Below are positions 28,801-35,753 of a stretch of DNA of 64,000 bases, piece by piece. The translations under genes and the position numbers were made by a program. The notes under the pieces are model-generated. The model was not told where the DNA came from and made no database searches. It saw nothing but the letters and a program-made list of their open reading frames with translations. This DNA is from Candidatus Iainarchaeum sp. (lineage in GTDB: Archaea > Iainarchaeota > Iainarchaeia > Iainarchaeales > JAAZKV01), in NCBI GenBank assembly GCA_026397015.1, contig JAPLVR010000003.1, positions 186,359-250,358 of the forward strand, in the 5' to 3' direction. How positions within the stretch are numbered: the stretch's first letter is position 1; every line of letters starts with the position of its first letter.

Positions 28801-30351
28801 GACAGCGGGCATTATTGTGATGGAAATGTTACTGTCGGCGACATCAACTATAACAGATGGATTATGGCCGGCACGGATTGGGCCAGAAATGATTTGAATC
28901 ATTTAATGCTTGTTAACACAATCGATCAAAATGTTTGGATTGATTATGACAATGACTGCAATTTTGTTCTGGATGATGCGGACAGCAACAGACATGTTGG
29001 GGATACAAACATAGGGTCAATGACTGATGGAAACGCCATGCTCGTAACGGACATCACCTCAATGGCATTAACATACATGAAAAAGCCGTTTGATTTTAAT
29101 AATTCAAGCAGGATGCAGGGAACTTTTATCGGGCAATATCCTGTTGATGAAAATATAGGCGTGCCGATAATAATTAAGAATTTGGACGGCACCACTACTG
29201 CGGATATTAACGTAACAATAAACAGGGCGATGCTACTGCCTTCCTTTGGAATGGGAATGCCACAGGAAACAACCGGGTGGACGGCGTGGCAGGGCACAAC
29301 CGACGCCGACGGCTTTGCAAGGGCAATCTTGAATGTGTCAAGACCCGGAACGTACATGCTTGAAATAAAAGCGACCAATACTGCGGGAACGTCACAAATA
29401 TTCAAGCCGTGGGAAGGAATGGTAGTTGAAGCGAAGAAGTACAAAACTGAAATGTTCCTGCAGAACCAAATAGGAGATATTACAATTGATTTCAACAATG
29501 TGCTGGCTGGGAGCGGCGTATTTATTGAAGATGACGAAAGCAGCGGTCCCGGAGATAATGGCGACGGTTTAGACCAGACATGGTACGATGCAAATTACGG
29601 GCTGTTTGATGAAAGCGCAAGAGACTTTGATTTGGATAAGGATGGCGCCAAAGACAAAAACTTTTATTTCATAAAACTGAACGATGCGTTCCACACGGCC
29701 AATTCTGGAATGGACGCAAATATTCTGGTTGACGATGACACTAATTTTTGCAACATACTGTACAGAGGGCCAGACAACAATAGAGATGATTGCGACCAAA
29801 ATGTTTTGGGCGAAGTCGGATTGAATGAAGGCTGGTTTGACAACACAAGCGGGCTCTTCCTGTGCCCGTACAGCAACGCCCAAGGTTCAATGCAAAACAC
29901 TTCATGCGGAAACAATGAAGCGGTTTATGCGATTTCAGAGAACGACACAAATGTCAATGATAATGATGCGATAATAATCAACAGAACCACCTGGAGGGCG
30001 CTTGATAATACAGGAAACAATTGGGGGTTATGGATGATAAAGGACGGCATAAACAATGCCGCAGGTTCAAGCACAAACACATGGACTATATTCAAAGATC
30101 TTCAGGGAGTAAAACTTAATTCTTCAGGCACGATGAGCGCAAAGCTTTTCAGGACAAGCGCCAGGCCACAGATGAACCAGCAAAATACGATGATTCCTAT
30201 GCCAGGAACGTATCCGGGAACGATAACCGGCGGCATAGGAAAAATTAATTACGGCAATCTGCCGGATTCAAATTATTCAATGGCGGTCGATGTAAACATC
30301 AATAATGATTTGCAAACGCAATACGAAAACTTTGAAATAAGGTCGTCATAA
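25828..30351 (+). CDS. giant secreted surface protein (1507 aa), Asn/Thr/Ser/Asp-rich, Cys-poor; S-layer or adhesin candidate
   Basis: Signal peptide FFASIIPGVCGAAVQ. No internal stops over 4.5 kb. Beta-rich, low-complexity composition. Confidence 0.75.
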   Translation: MINLEFFKKNLICFAVLFFASIIPGVCGAAVQIDINGQYYLGGAVTISGTVAPAAANDLNIYLTNASSGAVFDSNTVAADANGAYSITYNYLSAGDYNGLVTDANSSATNRFYLKITNYASIDINFVGSMPPLNIGQALVANFTLRDYNNAVVTSDYNIALKLVDSDGTVVKDQNNYVPKSGGANRTDDYNFGALPTPGTYTIIVDNGVTGFNVPVIAYNLFVNSFNSSTGDPQKIFAAGQDANVKVFMSNTSGTPITSGTISGTIQAPSSVTQSPLTFTPYGGYFMANTGALSTQGEYTIRVSASALGYSQNQELKLKIQSYSMLLQPKKNESAGKKERMKGAYSTSSQAILELSITDLNTNMALAGLDLNSACNKNKLSLTVYKAGSTVGTSVTFDVNNVPDKTCDLNFVTPSSTGEYRYKLVGTDMNVANTVQDLATSTGLKVQNQMVFFDAVDPSAYAQDSSNSWKFTFYKDENIGFVANVIDLNVSDDADVSAVSKATIMQNGQRITITNTVDKNYLDYNAESHVLLMLGSALTDNNVSAGFVPIEFTVDVNSNNDAMDANSITAFGAFKYKIMNISSMPADENGGSKSTMFGPPVFHSDTEGVYLQVSVTNAGGTAIKYANVELYSLRNVDDWNELSVAPINAISDNNNLITSSAGTAHLHLGTLSSGIYFGQVKVTNGSTIDYGDFFLMVKSYIVNAQPLTVENGQCMFMNSIGQNSDFNMVIMAMNPALGMPVNDYVPDENGTKVFLMSMGEEFKEPTIYDVTLSSPFDFNCTGMMGPPGEVQTFKAMTVHPNGDSNWQAGNYRVLVKGSSAELGAEAGDGFFRVQPFKFSLMPLAMTGMGGGDQKMLNATPGSAFDFNVISDKSITLRAILVDEKTQQDVNSNINFVNNSNTVNANELTTVSVLIPSNIPLSEYPLIVFGDDTSGNQAEQDLFLRMSLFNLVVPSGIGNQNLQYQQSNTGAYDTNILDDATNGNLRHSSGPGDSGHYCDGNVTVGDINYNRWIMAGTDWARNDLNHLMLVNTIDQNVWIDYDNDCNFVLDDADSNRHVGDTNIGSMTDGNAMLVTDITSMALTYMKKPFDFNNSSRMQGTFIGQYPVDENIGVPIIIKNLDGTTTADINVTINRAMLLPSFGMGMPQETTGWTAWQGTTDADGFARAILNVSRPGTYMLEIKATNTAGTSQIFKPWEGMVVEAKKYKTEMFLQNQIGDITIDFNNVLAGSGVFIEDDESSGPGDNGDGLDQTWYDANYGLFDESARDFDLDKDGAKDKNFYFIKLNDAFHTANSGMDANILVDDDTNFCNILYRGPDNNRDDCDQNVLGEVGLNEGWFDNTSGLFLCPYSNAQGSMQNTSCGNNEAVYAISENDTNVNDNDAIIINRTTWRALDNTGNNWGLWMIKDGINNAAGSSTNTWTIFKDLQGVKLNSSGTMSAKLFRTSARPQMNQQNTMIPMPGTYPGTITGGIGKINYGNLPDSNYSMAVDVNINNDLQTQYENFEIRSS

Positions 30352-30383
30352 AATAAGTTTGAAGTTATGAAAACGGTGGAAAG

Positions 30384-31895
30384 ATGAAAAGGATTTTGGC
30401 AGTTTTAATAATGCTTGTTGCGATGGTCGGCTTTGCGGCTGCAGCGAGCGTTTCTCTCTCGCTAAATTCGCTGGAAACGATTGCGGAAGGCGAAACAGTC
30501 ACGCTGACCGCCACTGTCACCGCCGTCGGGGATTCTGTGGGCAATGTTTCACTTCAATTGGGCGACCTGTCGCCGGGCGTAAGCACTTCAGACTCATCAA
30601 CTCAATCCGTTGGGACATTGAGTTCCGGGCAAAGTTCTTCGAAGAGTTGGACAATTAGGGGGGATGTCGCAGGAACTTATTCTTTTAACGTCACGGCGTC
30701 CGGCACGGATGTAAGCGATGTGTTTCAGAATGCTTCAATGGTTGTGAACACCGCTGCATTTATCGAAATAAGCGACAAGACCTGCAGTGAAACGACGATG
30801 GATATCGGAGAAACAATAACAATGAATTTTATTGTAAAAAACACCGGTGGAAGTTCTGCAACTGTAACGACGACAATGAGCGGTTATTCAAGCAGATTTA
30901 CTCTCACATCCGGAAGCGTAACTTCAAGCGCGGAGATAACGGCCGGTTCACAAAGCAGCAAATCTTATTTGTTCACGGCGGCAAGCGCCGGAACGGCAAC
31001 AATAACCGCCACGGTAACTTCCACAGAAAATAATCCGACGGCACAAACTTGCGCCGTAACAATAAACGCCGCTTTAGATACGAGCGACGACGATTCAGAA
31101 ACTGTCAGCGGAGTCCCCGCAGGGGATATAATACTCAGCAGGGTGCTTGATCAAAATCCAAGTGTGGAAGAAATAACTGCAATCTTAAGTTCTGCCGGTT
31201 TAACGCAGGAATCGATTGACAGAGCAGTAAGCCTGCTTGAAAAAATCGGCGTAAAAAAAGAAGTAATTGTTCGTAAAAGAACGTTGACTAACGGCACCAC
31301 AGCTTACACTACCACAATAACATTCACAATAAAAAATAAAGACGGCACAAATCTTTTGAAAAATGTCAAAGTAATTTTGGAAATTCCGAAAACGGTTGCG
31401 GAAAATGCTTCCGAACTTGTGATTCCTTCAAATGAAAATTACACCATAATAAAGGCCGACCCAATACTTGAATTTGAAATTGCGGAAATAGCGCCAAACG
31501 GCACTGGAAAAGTTGACATCGACATAAATAAGCAGATAAGCGGCGCGTTGGCGGATTCAATATTACAAGCAGTAGTTGCCGATTTCGAAGAGGCCGCTGA
31601 TTTGTGCGTCGGAAAAAACTGTGATGATGAAAATCCCTGTACGACTGATGCATGCAGTGGGGGCAATTGCTCAAATACCAGCGTCACTAATGGAACTGTG
31701 TGCGGCGAGGGAAAAAGTTGTAAGGCAGGGGCATGTGTTTTAATCGCTGCTGAAGAAAATCAAGAAGGAGAGCAAACTCCTGAGCAGAAGGCGGCACAGG
31801 ACCAGACCAATTTACTACTCATAATCGGCGCAGTAGTTGCACTAATACTTATCATCGCAATAATTGGGGCAATTGTACTCAAAAAAAGAAAGTAA
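30384..31895 (+). CDS. surface protein with CARDB-like Ig repeats, Cys-knot and C-terminal TM anchor
   Basis: Signal peptide MKRILAVLIMLVAMVGFAAAASV and Ser/Thr-rich Ig-like segments. Cys cluster CVGKNCDDENPCTTDACSGGNCSNTSVTNGTVCGEGKSCKAGACV. C-terminal anchor LLLIIGAVVALILIIAIIGAIVLKKRK. Starts 32 nt after the giant gene. Confidence 0.7.
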   Translation: MKRILAVLIMLVAMVGFAAAASVSLSLNSLETIAEGETVTLTATVTAVGDSVGNVSLQLGDLSPGVSTSDSSTQSVGTLSSGQSSSKSWTIRGDVAGTYSFNVTASGTDVSDVFQNASMVVNTAAFIEISDKTCSETTMDIGETITMNFIVKNTGGSSATVTTTMSGYSSRFTLTSGSVTSSAEITAGSQSSKSYLFTAASAGTATITATVTSTENNPTAQTCAVTINAALDTSDDDSETVSGVPAGDIILSRVLDQNPSVEEITAILSSAGLTQESIDRAVSLLEKIGVKKEVIVRKRTLTNGTTAYTTTITFTIKNKDGTNLLKNVKVILEIPKTVAENASELVIPSNENYTIIKADPILEFEIAEIAPNGTGKVDIDINKQISGALADSILQAVVADFEEAADLCVGKNCDDENPCTTDACSGGNCSNTSVTNGTVCGEGKSCKAGACVLIAAEENQEGEQTPEQKAAQDQTNLLLIIGAVVALILIIAIIGAIVLKKRK

Positions 31896-31946
31896 ACCGA
31901 AAAAAATCCAAAATCAGCCCCCGTTACCGAATAAAATGACCCGAAC

Positions 31947-32531
31947 TTATTCTTGTTCCTCAGTTGCCAATATAGCTCCATACCTGAAAACTCTCATTCC
32001 AAGTCTGACCCATTCGTCAGGGGCAAGGCCTGCTTTGAGACAGAGGTGCGAAAGAAATTCCTCTTTTGTTTCAATTTCTTCCCAGACACTTGGAAGGAAT
32101 GTCGCGCTGCGGAAGCCTTTCCGGATTATCAAACCGTCTTTTCCTGCAACAATTTTTTTCAGCAAATCGGCGGGAGAAGAAAATTTCATTTCAACAGCAT
32201 CTGTGAGAACTGAAACCTCGATTTTCAAATCGGAAAGTTCATTTTTTGAGAGAGGGTTGAAACGCGAATCCTGAAATGCGGCGTTAACTGCATTTTCTAT
32301 AATGTCAAGGTAAAGGGGCTGCATCGCGTCAAGGTGGCCGATACACCCTCTCAGCTCGCTCCCATTTGTCAAGGTAACAAAGCAGGCCTTTTCTTCCAAC
32401 AAGTTTTTTGGAACCACTTTTTCGGAAAGTTTTAGAAGCGCGCCGCCGCTAAAAAAATATTCTATTGATTTGCGCGCAAGCGAAACACAGAACTTTTTTT
32501 CTTTTTCATTCAAGGAAAATTTTGAACCCAT
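31947..32531 (-). CDS. AMMECR1-domain protein (AmmeMemoRadiSam system protein A)
   Basis: AMMECR1 core LRGCIGHLDAMQPLYLDIIENAVNAAFQDSRF. Confidence 0.85.
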   Translation of the reverse strand: MGSKFSLNEKEKKFCVSLARKSIEYFFSGGALLKLSEKVVPKNLLEEKACFVTLTNGSELRGCIGHLDAMQPLYLDIIENAVNAAFQDSRFNPLSKNELSDLKIEVSVLTDAVEMKFSSPADLLKKIVAGKDGLIIRKGFRSATFLPSVWEEIETKEEFLSHLCLKAGLAPDEWVRLGMRVFRYGAILATEEQE

Positions 32532-32593
32532 TATTTCACCCTCAACACAAAATTACCACGCAAAATTATTTATTATTGCCCCTTACTTCCCCC

Positions 32594-33352
32594 CTATTCC
32601 ACAAAAACAATCGAAGCGTAGCCGACCACTTTGCTTTTGTCTCCGGCGGTATCGCCCGAATTTTTGTACTCAACCAAAACCGGTTTCCACTTAAATTTTT
32701 TTGCAATAATCATCAATGCGGCGATTCCGGTTTTGCCGCAGGCGTCGCCCGAAAGCAGAAATTTTTTCAAATCGAGAGAAATAATCGCAGCGATTGTTGC
32801 GTTATCAATTCTGTTTGCGTCGTCATAACGAAGATAATGACTTAAGTCGGAGCTTGCAACCAGCACGGAATCTTTTGAAACAAGCGGCTTAATTTTTTCA
32901 GCCAGTTCTTCGGCGGAAATTTCGCCGTAAATTAATGGCACGAGAACAAATTGTTTGAAAATTTTCTGGAGAAAAGGCACTTGAACTTCTAAGGAATGCT
33001 CCACATCGCCCCGAATTGCATCAATGCCCGGCGCCTTTTCTACTTTCACTAATCCTAATGGTGTTTCCCAATTCTGGTCAAACGAATATGCACCTTCAAA
33101 ATACGCCTGATGAGAAGGACCGAACAGCACAACTTTCTTTGCTCTTGACCTTTTTAGCAAAACATATGCGGGGGAGGCAACGGATGCGGAATACACATAA
33201 CCTGCATGGGGAACTATTGCGCCGCGGATTTTTCCTGAAATTTTTTCAGAAATTGTTTTGCTTTCAAAAAGCAATTTGTCAATAAGTTCTGAAAGTTCGT
33301 CCTTATCGGCGGGATAAAATTGGCCGGCATAAACCGGCTCTCTTATATTCAC
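32594..33352 (-). CDS. Memo-like protein (AmmeMemoRadiSam system protein B)
   Basis: N-terminus IREPVYAGQFYPADKDEL and GAIVPHAGYVYS, typical of MEMO1/extradiol-dioxygenase class III subunit B. Confidence 0.85.
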   Translation of the reverse strand: MNIREPVYAGQFYPADKDELSELIDKLLFESKTISEKISGKIRGAIVPHAGYVYSASVASPAYVLLKRSRAKKVVLFGPSHQAYFEGAYSFDQNWETPLGLVKVEKAPGIDAIRGDVEHSLEVQVPFLQKIFKQFVLVPLIYGEISAEELAEKIKPLVSKDSVLVASSDLSHYLRYDDANRIDNATIAAIISLDLKKFLLSGDACGKTGIAALMIIAKKFKWKPVLVEYKNSGDTAGDKSKVVGYASIVFVE

Positions 33353-33384
33353 TCACACGCCCCCTGTTTTTTCTTTTTCAACTT

Positions 33385-34431
33385 TTATTCAAAAACACCT
33401 TCTATTTTTTCGCCGCAATCCGCACATCTTGCGCTCCTCGAAAGGCCCCCCGCTTTTTCTAGCCCGCCCATGGCGACGCCGTAAAGGCTTCTCTCAATAA
33501 TTTTCGCACCGCAATTCGGGCAATAGGTGCTTTCCAAATCCGAATCAGAAAGATTGCCGCCGTAAACAAATCTCAGCCCTGCATCCTTCCCTATTTTCAT
33601 CGCCTCTTTTATCTGGTTCGCAGAAGTTTTTGGAATTCCCGCCATCTTGTGGCACGGATGAAAAGCGGAAACGTGCCACGGAATGCTTTTATCAACGGAA
33701 GAGATAAAATCCGCCAACTGCTTCAAATTATCATGCGAAGTGTTTTTACCCGGAATTAGAAGCGTAGTAATTTCGGTCCACGTTTTGTTTTTATGGAAGG
33801 ATTTTATTGTTTCGAGAACTCCTTCAAGTTTTGCGCCGCAAATTTTTTTATAAAATTCGTCATCGAAACTTTTCAAATCAATATTAATCGCGTCAAGTTT
33901 TCGCCGCAATGATTTTATTTGTTCTTCGCTTTCGTATCCGTTGCTTACAAAAACGGTTCCGAAATTTTTTTTTCTTGCAAGGGCGATTGCGTCAAGGCAA
34001 TATTCGATTGAAATGGCGGATTCGTTGTATGTGAATGCGACGCTTTTTGCGCCGCTTTCTTCCGTAAGGGAAATGAATTTTTCCGGGCTCACTTCCTGCA
34101 TTCCCGGCAAAAGTTTTTCAACCTGTTCGCCTTTCACGGCGGAAATATCATAATTTTGGCAGAAGGCGCAGGAAAAGTTGCAGCCGAAGAAGCCGATGCT
34201 CATTATTTCAGTTCCGGGCTTGTAGTGGAACAGCGGCTTTTTTTCCATCGGATCAAGATGGATGCTGCAAGGTTTTGCATAAGTAATGAGAAAAAGCTTG
34301 CCGCCAATATTTTTGCGCACGCCGCAGATACCGAAGCGGCTTTCGGCTATTGTGCAGCCGTGCCTGCACGCGCTGCATTTCACCGCGTTCTCCGGCTTTT
34401 CAAGCCGCTTATAAAATGTGCATTCCTTCAT
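33385..34431 (-). CDS. AmmeMemoRadiSam system radical SAM enzyme
   Basis: Radical-SAM cluster FGCNFSCAFCQN plus an N-terminal Cys cluster CSACRHGC...GICG. Adjacent and co-directional with the AMMECR1 and Memo genes. Confidence 0.85.
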   Translation of the reverse strand: MKECTFYKRLEKPENAVKCSACRHGCTIAESRFGICGVRKNIGGKLFLITYAKPCSIHLDPMEKKPLFHYKPGTEIMSIGFFGCNFSCAFCQNYDISAVKGEQVEKLLPGMQEVSPEKFISLTEESGAKSVAFTYNESAISIEYCLDAIALARKKNFGTVFVSNGYESEEQIKSLRRKLDAINIDLKSFDDEFYKKICGAKLEGVLETIKSFHKNKTWTEITTLLIPGKNTSHDNLKQLADFISSVDKSIPWHVSAFHPCHKMAGIPKTSANQIKEAMKIGKDAGLRFVYGGNLSDSDLESTYCPNCGAKIIERSLYGVAMGGLEKAGGLSRSARCADCGEKIEGVFE

Positions 34432-34541
34432 TTTCTACCCGCGAGAAAATTATCCTGGGAAGTTGTTAAAAAACCGCGGGCAGAGAATGTTTTAATAGGT
34501 TTCGCAGACAAAATACTTCAATAAAAAAACAGGCGCCGAAC

Positions 34542-35591
34542 ATGGATTTGTACTCCCAAATTTATTTTGGAAATTCCATAATGCAATTTCTGCAGTTTTT
34601 CGGAATAATAGTTGCATCCATACTGGCGGGAAAGGCGATAAGCTTTATTTTTGCAAACGCCCTGACAAAGATTGCAAAAAAGTCCAATAACACTTTTGAC
34701 GATTTCTTGATTGCGGCGCTGAAAAAGCCGATAACCGTTTTCGCAATACTTGCAGGAATGTATTTCGCATTTGGATCCCTCACTCTGGAGGAAAGCGCGC
34801 GGCATCTGGCCAACAGGGGCTTTGAAATAGCAGTCATAATTTATTCGGCGTGGCTGGCTACAAAAGCAACAGATTCGTTCATTCAAAAGGTGCTTAAGCC
34901 GCTGGCAAAAAAAACCGATTCAAAACTTGATAACCAATTGCTGCCAATTTTTTCGAAATCGGTCAAAGTGGTTGTCTGGATTATGGCGGGAATAATAATC
35001 ATAAGGAGTTTCGGCTATGACATAACGGCGATTCTTGCAGGGCTTGGAATCGGCGGCCTGGCATTTGCCTTCGCTGCGCAGAGAACAATTGCGGACATTT
35101 TCGGCGGAATAAGCATTCTTTTTTCAAAACCTTTTGTGATAGGCGACACCATTGAGACGGGCAGAGTGATGGGAAAAGTCGAAGAAATTGATTTGAGGAA
35201 CACAAAAATAAGGGATTCGGACGGAAGGATAGTTACGGTGCCCAATTCGACGATTTCCTCCGAAGAGATAAAAAATATAACTTCGGAGCCTACAAGGAAA
35301 ATCACGGCAAACCTCGGGCTGACTTATGGCACTTCGACGGAAAAAATAAAGCAGGCGATGAAGATAATCACAAAAGTAGTAAATTCAAATGAAAACTGCA
35401 AGCCGGAGCCGCAAATTTATTTCAGCGAATTCAGGGATTTTTCCGTTAACCTCCTGGTGATGTACTATGTCACCGACAAGGAAAACTGGCAGCAGATTAG
35501 GCACGACGTTAATATGAAAATTAAGTCTGAATTCGACAAGGCAAAAATCGATTTTGCTTTCCCGACGCAGACGGTTCATGTGCAAAAATAA
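34542..35591 (+). CDS. small-conductance mechanosensitive channel (MscS family)
   Basis: TM3/beta-domain signature LAGLGIGGLAFAFAAQRTIADIFGGISILFSKPFVIGDTIE...GKVEEIDLRNTKIRDSDGRIVTVPNS. Confidence 0.8.
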   Translation: MDLYSQIYFGNSIMQFLQFFGIIVASILAGKAISFIFANALTKIAKKSNNTFDDFLIAALKKPITVFAILAGMYFAFGSLTLEESARHLANRGFEIAVIIYSAWLATKATDSFIQKVLKPLAKKTDSKLDNQLLPIFSKSVKVVVWIMAGIIIIRSFGYDITAILAGLGIGGLAFAFAAQRTIADIFGGISILFSKPFVIGDTIETGRVMGKVEEIDLRNTKIRDSDGRIVTVPNSTISSEEIKNITSEPTRKITANLGLTYGTSTEKIKQAMKIITKVVNSNENCKPEPQIYFSEFRDFSVNLLVMYYVTDKENWQQIRHDVNMKIKSEFDKAKIDFAFPTQTVHVQK

Positions 35592-35753
35592 AAATCCCAA
35601 AAAGTTAATTTTTTTGCCCAAAAACAAAGAAGTGCTACATAACCGCACCGGCTTTTGAACAATCACTTTACTTTCGGTCTTTTACCGTGTGAAAAAAAAT
35701 TACAAAGTAAACAAAAAAGCAAGCTTAAATACACAAAAGACATTATTTTGTGG

